Origin: Tubulanus polymorphus
Taxonomy: Eukaryota; Animalia; Nemertea
Direction of reading: 5' to 3'
DNA: 64,000 nt
NCBI RefSeq assembly: GCF_964204645.1
Contig: NC_134034.1
Location: forward strand, 2,604,072-2,668,071
How positions within the stretch are numbered: the stretch's first letter is position 1; each line of letters begins with the position of its first letter. Under the pieces are notes generated by a model. It was not told the DNA's origin and ran no database searches. It saw only the letters and a list, made by a program, of their open reading frames with translations. The position numbers and the translations under genes were made by a program. Below, one piece after another: positions 39,601 through 51,200 of the stretch.

Positions 39601-42600
39601 CATGGCCGTGAAATCTGGGTGCGTTTTGTGCGATGACTTGCACGCGTTGATGCGATACTGCTCTGTCGATCGTTTGCCGATGGCATTGGACTACGATATG
39701 ACGTGGAACAAGATTTGGGAGTACTTGGTCATCAAGCATTCGTCAGCCGATGGTCATCAGGTGAATTGTTGTCTGGTGAGTTGTTGTAGGCCTATGTTCC
39801 AGGGTGTCTACGACTACTTGATTCCTTAAAGACTCCTAAAGGGATAATCCTATGAAAGCTGCTGTGAAATCCTTTGAATTTGAGCAGTTATTGCAGTAAT
39901 TGTTACTATTTTATAATCAGAAATACTGATTTGATTTGTTTGATGCATGTGGAAATATATAACATATAATTGAGGGTCTTACTGTTGATAACTGATTAAA
40001 TTGAACATTTTCTTTCATATTTGTCTGAATAACATCTTACTGGAAAAATTTTTATTCGTTACTAAGTGCTTGGCAGCCGTGAAAAACTTATTTTTTCGTC
40101 CAACCAAATCGTTGAATTGACTTTAACTTTCAGACATGTCGTCTGCCGGACGTTGTCTTTCTGCTCAGAAATAATAGCGTTTATGCACGCCACGTTGAAG
40201 ACAACAGCGGCGATGACCAAGGCGCGGCGTTACCTCCGGCGATGGTCGTCGATCGTCGGACAGCTGTTCGGCAACTGGCGCCGCGTCTGCCCGGTGGGTA
40301 TTTCTACAGCGACGATCCTGACGACGTGATTAAAATCGTCGATGAAATCTTGAGGCGACAAAATTTGTGCAACGATAACGACGCCGCCACTGGTCAAATC
40401 GGGGTCGTTTCCAGCGGGCTGAGATCGGTAAGTTACAGTAAAACCTGTGTAAGTTACAGTAGAACCTCTGTATTGAACTGTCGGAGGTGTTCACTATAGG
40501 GGCGGTCAGGCCATGATGTGACACAAGGCGACACCTAGTATCCTCTGTTGAAACCACAACTACAAATAGCGCTAAACACTGAATGGGTCTAGATTATGAC
40601 TAAGGCGGGCGTAGGTCGGCCTTACGACGGCTTGCGACTCACTGCGACCGCCAGCGACGATTACCTTGCGACTGGCAGCGACGCCAGTCGCAATGAGTCG
40701 CACATGTTCTACATTCTGCGACGCGACCGTCGCAACCGACCTGCGTGCTGTTGCGACTGGCAGCAACTAGTCACACACAGTCGCTGACAACCGCGTCGCA
40801 ACAGACTTGCGCGGCAACTTGTGATGCAACGCCGACCTACGTCCGGCTTAATATATAACGAAATTCTGCACATGTTCTCGATACACATAAAATGGCCACA
40901 ATTGGTTTTTGTAGCAAATACTGATTGAAAATGGAAGCCGCTTAGAAGGTTTTCAGTTCGTGGCGACGCGAGTCCTCGGTTCCGGGTCGTTTGGTCAGGT
41001 TTGTGAAATCCAAGATTTCAACCACAACGAACAACGATTCAGCCGTCTGCCGTACTGTCAGAAAAATGTACGTAAATTTCTCAAAATCATTTATTTCTAA
41101 ATGATTACGATTGAGATTATTGTTGTTAGGTTTTGAATGAATTTGAAAGGAAATCCGGCATCGAGCCAGCTGTGTTTCCACCCGGAGGATCCTTACTTAC
41201 CGCAAGTGGAATCCTCTATTGCCGCAGTTGTTGGTGTCCTCCTGCACACTAGCGACACCTGGTGGATCCTCACTTACCACAAGTAGAATCCTCTAATGCT
41301 GTAGAAGTTTATGTCCTATTACACACTAGCGACACCTGGTGGATCCACACTTACCACAAGTGGAATCCTCTATTGCCGCAGTTGTTGGTGTCCTACTGCA
41401 CACTAGCGACACCTGGTGGATCCTCACTTGCCACAAGTGGAATCCTCTATTGCCGCAGTTGTTGGTGTCCTACTGCACACTAGCAACACCTGGTGGATCA
41501 TCACTTGCCACAAATTGAATCCTCTATTGCCGCAGTAGCTGATGTCCTACTGCACACTTGATCCTCGCTTGCCACAAGTGAAAACTCAACTGTCAGGTTC
41601 GCGTGTATATTATTCAAATGAATTCGCATTTGATTCTATTTTCTTCCTATTTTCTAGATTGCAATACAAAAGTTCTTCCCGGACGAAGTTCGGATGGTGT
41701 TCCATTTGGCGCACGACAATCTGGTGCCGATTTACGGCGTCGGTTTGGATTGCGGCACGGTTCACGTGTTGATGGAGTGCGTACAGGGTACGAACTTGAT
41801 CAAATACGTGGAAATGTTGTCCAAATGTTCGGGCAGGCGATATTCAGGACTCGGGCAATATTACGTAATCCTGTTTGCAAAACAATTGGTATCCGTGCTA
41901 GCCTACCTGGAAGAGAAAAAAATTATTCACAACGACATCAAAGGTAATGTCATTGAAATGGGACACGCTCATCAGAAACTAATCATAATTTTACTGAATG
42001 GTTGAAGTCATAGAGAATGAGACGCTCTCTTCGGTAACTAATCATAATTTTACTGAATGGTTGAAGTAATTGAAAATAAGAAGGTCGTCATTATTAACTA
42101 ATCATAATTTTGCTGAATCGTCGAAGTCATAGAGAATGAGACGCTCTCTTCGGTAACTAATCATAATTTTACTGAATGGTTGAAGTAATTGAAAATAAGA
42201 AGGTCGTCATTAGTAACTAATCATAATTTTGCTGAATCGTCGAAGTTATTGAGAATGAGATGGTCGTCCATGAGTAACTAATCATAATTCTACTGGATCA
42301 TAGAAATATTGCCATGAAAGATGTCATTAGTAACTAATCATAATTTTACTGAACTGTTAAAAGTGATTGAGAATGAGAATAAGGAATCACATCATTATCA
42401 TTATCATTAAAGTCGTTTTGAGTTTTGGTGTTTCGCTGTTTTTCAGGTTTGAACATCCTGATATCGCCCCATCGCAAGCAAGTGAAACTCGCTGACTTTG
42501 GTTTGGCTGAGACCTCTCCGGCTAAACGCAAGTTTCGTGGGACCAATGATTATTTGGCCCCAGAAAAGGTAATGTGGATGGACACAACAGGTTATCTTAT

Positions 42601-45477
42601 CCAGCTTTATTATCCGACATTATCAGCGCAGCTTGTGGATCCTCACTTGCCACAAGTGGAATCCTCTGTTGTCGCAGTAGTTGATACCCTACTGAACACT
42701 AGCGACACCTGGTGGATCCTCACTTGCCACAAGTGGAATCCTCTGTTGTCGCAGTAGTTGGTTCAATCAAGGGATGACATGTTAGGCCACTTGGGACTTA
42801 AGTCCCAGCGGGCTGTTGCGTTCACTTTTCGTCCGTCCGTCCGTCCGTAGACGGAATCCAGTTATTTTGGGAAGTTTTGAAGACACTTCAAGGTAATGTC
42901 TTGATATTTGGTTCATACATGTATCTACCCTAGACACATCTTCAGCCCAAAAACTGGCCCTGTCAGATTCAAGATGGCCGACTGGCAGCCATTGTTGTTC
43001 GCCAAAATCAACACTTTTTACACATTTTGGAAGTTTTCGAGGGAAATTTTGAAGACACTTATAGACAGTGTTATCCTTCATTGCTCGAACATTAGTTATT
43101 TTATATGGTCACTAGGGGGCGTTGAATAGTAGAATAACTTATTTCGTATTTCCTTATTATATTGGTACCTAGGCATATTTTGTTACCACGATCAATTGCA
43201 AAGTGGTAGCTCATGACATGTTCTATAATAAGGTATCAGGAGTAAAATGTTTATGATAAGGAGTATGCCTATAATGAAATTGTATATATTATTAATGCTT
43301 AAACGCTGGGGTATATGTACTGAGGCCATCTCAAAATATGGTCTGTTCGCCGTAACCCGACCGACCCGACTTCAAAGGTACCGAGTGAAAACTTTTTTTT
43401 GGGGATTAATTAAAACAGATTTTATTTTTGATATCGTTTCCTTATAGGCCTAAAAAAGGTGATAAATTTGTTTTTTTGCCCTAAAATTTTGCAGAAAATA
43501 TTTCTACCTACCAACCGACTCATCCTGAAAACTTGAGTCGGTGTTACGGCAAACAGACGATTATTTTCGGGATGGACCGACATTTAATTTTTGATAGTGA
43601 TGTAAATTTTGGAAAGTCCATTAGAATTTCGTTCGTCGTATTTCTCATTCCAGTTCGATACGTGCGGTTGCTACGACACGAAGGTCGACGTGTTCGGTCT
43701 CGGTTTAACGATGGTTATGGCGGTCACCGGCTACCCGCGACCGTACTTCTACTTTTATCGCGAGCACCGCGACGCTCAGATGAACGCGTTTACAATCCCA
43801 TCTCATTGCACGTCTGGCGAGAATCTGTCGGTAAGTCGGAATCTGTATACATCATGTTGTCGAAATTTTAGATGCGTTTTACGAAATTTCATCATGTTAT
43901 TGATAGAGGTATCAATCTTCAGCTCTGACTTCGCATTCCTCTTGAATAAATAAATTCAACACTTTTGTCACTACTACATGTATTCTTTCAATTTGTGATC
44001 GTCCACACTTCAGTACTTAACCTTTTTTCATTGAAAATGTACTATTAACTCCAGACATTTAGACATTTTATCAGCACACTTTCAAAAACTGATCGTCCAC
44101 ATTTCACATGTGTTCAGAACTTCACCTGAGACATTTTTGATTGAAAATGAACTACAAACACCAGACATTAGACATTTTAGGCCGAGACATTTGTAATAGA
44201 AAATGAACTACAAACACCAGACAAACTGATCGTCCACACTTCACACGTGTTCAGTACTTCATCAGAGACATCTTTAATTGAAAATGAACTACAAACATCA
44301 GACATTAGACATTTTATCAGCTCACTTTCAAAAACTGATCGTCCACACTTCTGATTTGTTCAGTGCTTCACCTGAGACATTTGTAATAGAAAATGAACTA
44401 CAAACAACAGACATTACATAATTTATCAGCACACTTTCCAAAACTGATCGTCCACATTTCACACTGCAATAGCAATTAACAGAAGTGGGCGGTTCCCGGC
44501 TACAGTTTGATTGACACGGGTGTAGTTCTTCACCCGTCGTATCTTAGACAATTCATCAACGTTGAATTAAATTTCAGGACATCAAGGATCGCGGACTAGT
44601 CCCGGAATTGGTCGATTTCTTCAAACAATGTTTAAGCCATGTTGAAGATCGCAAATTTGCTTCTCAGCTTCGGGAACATGTCGTTTTCCAACTTCTGGGT
44701 AAGCGGACTATATTAAAAGCGGGTGGCTCCGAGAATATGCGAATCGTCAGGACATTCACGAATATTTTTCTGGTTTTTTACGTAATTGCAGATTTGTCGC
44801 CAAACGACGAACGGTTTCGAGTCGGAGATGACTACGAGCCGCCGGCGCTGTCGGAAGGATCGTCGTCTTCGTTGTCTGATCCAGTCTCGTCGGGCAACGC
44901 CCCCTGGGGCCCCAGAAAGATCTTGCGTGAATTGGAACAGCAACAAGAGGTGGACGTGGAAATGGACGCAGGTCATCAGGCGTCACCCCTGGATCACTTG
45001 TCGGTTAATACAGTGAATTTTAGCGGTGTGACTCAGCCGAGCAGCTCCACCCGGGTCGCCGTGCCGTCTGTCCTGCGCGACATGGTCGAGGAGATGGGTA
45101 AGCAATCGCTGAATCTTTCACAAAGCAATAATTATTGCCTATATCGAAAATCTATTCAATTTACGAACCTGACATTTCAGAATGATTCCGCACATTTTCT
45201 GCGAGATTTATTTGGTAATAGATAAATCTCTGCAGATGGGTAGAAGCATTCCATCGCAAATTTCAGTATAACTGAATATTTTACCGAATAAACCCGTCAT
45301 AAACCCGTGCAGGGGAGGATGTGTCTACTAGGGGCAGGGGTTTGTACCGTGACGTCACCAGGTTCAAATCCCTGCTGAGGGAGGATGTTTAAAGACTTCT
45401 CGTTGAAATTGATGAACTCTTTTTTTGCAGAGTTTGACGTCGATACCGAACTCGGCGAAGATCCGTTACTCGGATAG
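36674..45477 (+). CDS. Ser/Thr protein kinase, MAP3K8(Tpl2)/MAP3K14(NIK)-like, about 784 aa
   Basis: Exons 36674-36694, 37316-37711, 38204-38347, 38823-38897, 39548-39760, 40134-40427, 40915-41067, 41658-41943, 42447-42568, 43654-43830, 44578-44698, 44792-45097, 45431-45477 give one frame. Motifs: LGSGSFGQV, CQKNIAIQKFFPDEV (beta3 Lys and alphaC Glu), HDNLVPIYG, HNDIKGLN, DFG, RGTNDYLAPE, KVDVFGLG. The kinase call is firm; the subfamily is inferred from motif spacing. Confidence 0.85.
38928..39208. mobile_element. piggyBac-like MITE copy in kinase intron
   Basis: TTAA-flanked, same TIRs and internal CACCGCACTGCGGTG palindromes. Confidence 0.7.
41950..42390. repeat. ~59-bp degenerate intronic tandem repeat
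   Basis: Recurring AACTAATCATAATTTTACTGAATGGTTGAAGT core. Confidence 0.75.
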
Positions 45478-45903
45478 CGAAGCGAGCAGACGGATTCCCC
45501 GAATGAAAACGCGCCAGACAAAGTTTGAACAATTCTTCAGTCCGACTGAAAACTTTGAAAAAGATGAAATCGGTATTAGAGGCTGTTTGAGGTACTAATC
45601 CTCCATCTATGAGTAAAAATTGGAACTAAATTGAGGCAGACAAGCCTATCGGCTACACGCCAGCGGTTTTGGTAAACACATATATCTGCGACATAAATAC
45701 ACGTCACGCATGGCGCCAGAATGTCATTATTTGCGATGTAAATATACGCCACAAGTGGTTATGATGAGGTTAATATAATGTTAACGTAACTTATTACAGA
45801 GGCCGATTTGAAAAGACCACGCAGTTCGATTCTGATTTCACCAATAGGTGGCTCCGTTTGAGCAAAATCTTATGAGCGAGGACGTACAGCCGAACTCGTT
45901 TAA

Positions 45904-46191
45904 CCCTTTCAGTGCGTCTACACCGCAGTGCGGTGTACGAATCAGTGATGGATTTTGCTAGTACACCGCACTGCGGTGTATTGATTTAATCAGTAATTAG
46001 TAATTATCTCTCTTGAAAGATGGAAGCACCTGTCAAACATAGTGAACTATTAGTAACTAACGATACACCGCGCTGCGGTGTAGACGCAATAAAGTGGTCA
46101 GCCCGTTATTCAACACACTAGGGTGGAATTTTTCAGAATTTTCCAATTATCTTCAGCACTATTGGGTATTAATTAGCCAGCACTGAAAGGG
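45904..46191. mobile_element. ~288-bp piggyBac-like MITE (TTAA target)
   Basis: TTAA-CCCTTTCAGTGC...GCACTGAAAGGG-TTAA. Other copies at 11356-11634, 38928-39208, about 4795-5036, and partial copies near 8915-9220, 19920-20143 and 39220-39430. Confidence 0.75.
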
Positions 46192-48286
46192 TTAAGCTGT
46201 TATCGGATTTGCGTTTTTCCGGAGTCTCGTTATTTTCGTCCCAAATTTTGAAATCGATTCAATCGTTCTCGGCATCAGTCGTCATTTGGATCTACCGGCG
46301 CCGACCGGTTTCAAAAATACGGCGCGGTATTCGCGGCGTCGAGTCGACGCGTGGTCTTTTCAAGTTTCGCGGATTTTTGTGATTCACGCGACCCCCGCCC
46401 GGCGGTCGGTCGTCGTGAATTTCATCGCCGCGTCGGAGTTTCCGCGTTCTTCTCCGGGCCCGAATTTCGAAACAAAAAGAACGAAGAGTTTAGGCGAGGA
46501 AATTAATTGTTTTCAATATTTTACGCTAGATAAAGGTTTGGAAGGCGTCTCTAAGTCAGAGGGGGGCGGGATATCATTATATACAGGACATTAACTGTCT
46601 CAGCTCGATACCGGTGTCTATTATCCACAGCATTTGCACTTAGTGATCTAAACCGGGGGGGGGGGTCTTATGAGGTGTCTAAAAAACTCGAAAAAAAATT
46701 GATTTGCCTATTAGTTGAAAGACGTTTATGCTGTGGTGCATTATTTCGTTGAATAGAGTATTATTTCCTATTTTCTGTATTATTTGCTGTAAACAATTTA
46801 GTGCGTCCTTCAGCGCTTGACCCGCACCAGTTTGAAATACTGATTTGATTTGTTCGATGCATGTGGAAATTTGTAATTTTAGGCCTACGTTACTCCGAGG
46901 GTCTTACTGTTGGTTACTGATTTATTACAACATTATCTCTCGTATTTCAATGAAATTTTACTGAAAAAAATTCAATTTGTTACCGATAGCGCTTTTTCCG
47001 CCGTTGAAAACTGTTGTAATGAGGATTTTTTTAAATTTTCTGTCCTCTGGCGAAGATACGGACTCAAGACGTTGTAATTTGAGACCAGGGAATTCGTTCT
47101 CCTGCTGCTTTATCTTGTCTTGATCCTGAACTACGCCCAAGGTCACTCGATTGCTTATAGAATGTCGAGTCTAAATGCCGTAAAAATGCTTTGAATATTA
47201 TGTATACGCTTATGCGAAATTAAAAAAGGTTGATTTATGAGATTCAGTATTGTGCCTTTTTTCTTTTCTTCATGATTTTCGATCAAAAGCTGTTCGTATC
47301 CTGATGATTTTAGCCACGATTGATGTAAAAAGAAGTCTCCGGTGACCGAGGGCAGACCCGCCTGGCCGAGACGCACCGACGTCTACAGCACCAAACCGTA
47401 TTTTCCAATCGGGTTGAAGGTGTAGATTTTCATTTGCCCTTCGAAATTTCACCTACAGTATTTTTTCGGCACACGCGCTGAAAAGAAGCTCGACACGAAT
47501 GCACAAACTGCGCTAGGGTAGGTGGGGGTTCGGTCGGAAAAAGGCGTGCCAGGATCCAAGAAACCGCAGCAAGTTCTACGTCGCTCGGTGTTTTTGGAAC
47601 TTCTTGAGTTTTATGTACCGATAGGAACGTATAGCTTACGTATAGCCGACGTGCGTGCGTGCGTGCGTGCGTGCGTGTGTGCGTAAATCTTTGTAGTTCT
47701 TATGTATTGTATGAATAAAATAAAGTAACTAGATTTGGAGAGAGTTATTAGGAATTGAATCCCGATGTCTGATTGTTTTGTAAAGGAAGGATTGTCGTCT
47801 GCGTTTTAGGTAACTGGAATCATACAAATATCTGTACGGATATTTTCATAGCAATATAAATGCATTTATGAAGCGTTTATGAACAGTATCAGAGCTGTAT
47901 CGGGAATCTATCCCCAAAGCCGGAAACCTTCACATCCACCAACCTGACGGTATGGTTTCTAGCCCGACTGTATAATGCGTAACAGGAGAGATATCGTTAA
48001 AAGGGATAACAGTTGGTGGTTTCCTAGCCTTAGTTTGATCATAGACTCTAAACTTTTTTAGAGTCCATGGTTTGGTGAATTTCGCCGGTGAGATTCAGAT
48101 ACCGGTGTACCAGTCCCGAGTTCCACGGTTTTCATCGGGGGCTAGACTGACTAGACTGAAGGCTCAAAGTATTTTACATTTTTAAATTTTGACCCTTAAC
48201 TACTATTTGTATACATTGTAAGTAAGTAGCCTTGTTATGTTTTTATTCGTCTTTCATCACAATAGTGGCGCGTTTAGATGAAGATT

Positions 48287-51200
48287 CTACGAATCGCTGA
48301 AAATCTTTCTCAAAATACGGTTGAACACTCTCGGTTTGTCTCTGGGTGTCTGAAAGAGAAATATACTGACGATTCGTAGATACTCGTGGCGTACTACTCA
48401 GTGGCGGATCTAGGGGGATGCGCAGGGCGCCCCCCCCCCAATTTCTACAGCACTATCACCTTGGAATTTTCGCCCCCAGACTGGGGTGAAATTTGTGAGC
48501 ATATTTCATGACATATTTCAACCAGGAAAGTGCTCAGAATGCATATTTATGATATCATGTAATTTTTCAGACTTTTCTGTGGGAGCAAACCCAGACCTGC
48601 CCCTGACCCTGAAGTTAGTAGTGCGCACCCCCTTTTCCGAAAAGCTAGATCCTCTTGGAAACAACTTTTTACCCGCTGACTTATATACCCAACGGTCGTC
48701 TTCAGGGACGGATTCTGGAACGTCACCCCTCGTGAGGCAATCCCCCAAAAAACTAAAATGCCCTCTTCTTGAAAAAATGTAGAATGATTTATTAACTTAA
48801 CCCAATCCGATGAGTATTTGGGCGAGGGTCGAAAGCCTACCCTTACACCATTATTTCATCTAACTGGTAGAAAATGGTTTATACCCTGAATCGGGATTGA
48901 TTCCTATAATGTGCTTTCCTTTGAAAAAGTGTCCCTTATTGTTTGAGTATTCAAAACGAATTACAACCCCCCCCCCCCCGCTGGTCAAGAGCATAAAAAG
49001 TCAAATTTAAAAAAAAGGACTTACGTAATGGCCAGCACCCAGGATCCAGAAGCGTTGTAAGTTCATGTATTTTTTCTGATAAGCCAGGGGTGTAGAATCA
49101 CTGGCAGACGTCTTCATGGGATCTCTCGATAATGCCTTGAACCCCTCAATGTGGTTCCAGCCTAGCGTATCTAACCACAGGTCCGTCGCTGAAAAACAAA
49201 TACATAATACGTGAACAGTCACCAGGGGGCGTTGCGATATGTTGCACTGTCCCGTTACAATTTTGCTTTTTGCATTTCAATTTTCTTTAGATATCCAGCC
49301 TCCTCCGGCAGGGATCCGAATTGTCACATTATACGTAGCAAAATTTGGTTAGAATCAAATGAATATATTCTGTATTCTATGATATTCGGGTTCCCCAGAA
49401 AAATGGATCTTATATCTTCATAGCATGATTTGTAATTGTAAATAATGTACTTCTTGACGTCCGCCGTTTCATTTCCCTTCCGAAATCCGTAACCTCGAAG
49501 GTCACCAGGGGGCGTTGTTGAATTAACAGTTACTATCGCAAATAAATCGATCGTTAAAATGACATCGGTTTTTTTCATATATCATATGTTCTTACAAGGA
49601 GATTTGTCGCATACTTACCGACATTGTTCACTATCAAATCAAACTGCCCTCCATATATAACGACCTTCACATTACGATTCAGCATAGCAGCAACTATAAG
49701 AAGTAGGTCAAAATAAATCAATTTCAAGTATCAATATTTTGGGAAATGCCCCTATAACATTTACTGAATGGCAATTTTACTGGATCGTCAGTGAAAAGTC
49801 ACCGAAAACTAGAAGCTCCTCATCAGCAATTAATCATAGTTTTGCTGAATCGCCTTGAGGACTGAGTCGCGTCATCACCAGTGGTATCGTAAACTTATAG
49901 CTAAGCATGATTTAACTGAATCGTCGAATTGATGGAGAACGAGAGGGTCGTGATTATGTGAACTCGGACTTTGGACATCCGTTGGACACCTAGCTGTCAG
50001 GGGGAGGAGGGGGGTATGATGTAGATTATGATAGGCTACCTTCAGTAGTAACCGGGCGTAGCACGTCGTTCCAAATAGCTTTGCTTGCCGTCGAATTCTC
50101 ATCTGCAGAACGAAAATATTCAAACGATTAATAATGACAATAATAATGATAAAATTGCAATAATAATATATGATCAATTAAGTACTAGCAATGTTTTTTA
50201 ATTGGCAAACTAGGTCATGTTAACAAATACGTGACCTAAATTTGACCTCAAGATATAGGGCACTGGTTACCCGGATGTTCAGCAAACTTTGGATACCGAA
50301 CATTTTCTGGTAGCTCTTACTACTAGCTTCATGATAGATATTAGTTTTACGGGTCTCCCGCATTACAAACGCATTTGAATTGATTTTGAAATTAACGTCA
50401 ATACGAAGGAAAATCGATATTCCATGTAGAATTCATAATCGATAGAGATAGTCCCAACGAAAGGGTTGAAAGACATACAATGTTACAAAAGGAAAACATG
50501 GAACCTGACGGAATTAGTAGATTGAGGAGAAAGGGGCCTGATCAGAACCAGACTGTACGATCATCAGGACGTTCAGGCTCTTGAAAAATTAAGTTTTATG
50601 ATAAGTAGTATCATCGACGATTATATAATCTTTTGATTTCATTCTTGGTGCGAAGAGTCGATTTAGTTTGAAACATTCCACGGAATACACTATGGGATAT
50701 TTTTTTAATATACTCACGAATCCAATCGGCCGAGTCCGGAATTTCGGGGATGTACGTCCTGAAGCGATCTTCACTGTTCATTAACGTCTTTAAAACCGCC
50801 AGGCCGTCTAGAATACAGGATTTCAAAAATGCAAACGATGAAATAGAGTTTCCATCACCGCGACAACACCACGGAATCCATTTCTGGAGTAACGCTATTA
50901 TGATAGCACTTTAAACGTAACTTACAAGACGCATGGAAACACGGAGACTTAAGGTCTTTTTTAATTCTAAAGGAAAATTTAGTTCTCCCTCGTGTTTCCG
51001 TCATAACTTTTCAATAAAAAAGAAAAAATTTATATGGCCGTCTTGATTTTCAATCCGGTATCTTGTGAAAGTTTTGTTTATCTCAGTTTCCAAGATATGC
51101 AAAATGTTTTTTTTTTGGTGTTTTTTCTCCAATCATTTGCATAAAATTCACCACAATTTTGACTCGTTTTTTCAATTTTTTTTTCAGCGGCCTTCCGCGG

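Noticed and set aside
46958-47452. Chain of three minus-strand ORFs that looks like a decayed coding fragment
   Set aside because: Interrupted by stops and frameshifts, with no family I can recognise; needs a translated search.
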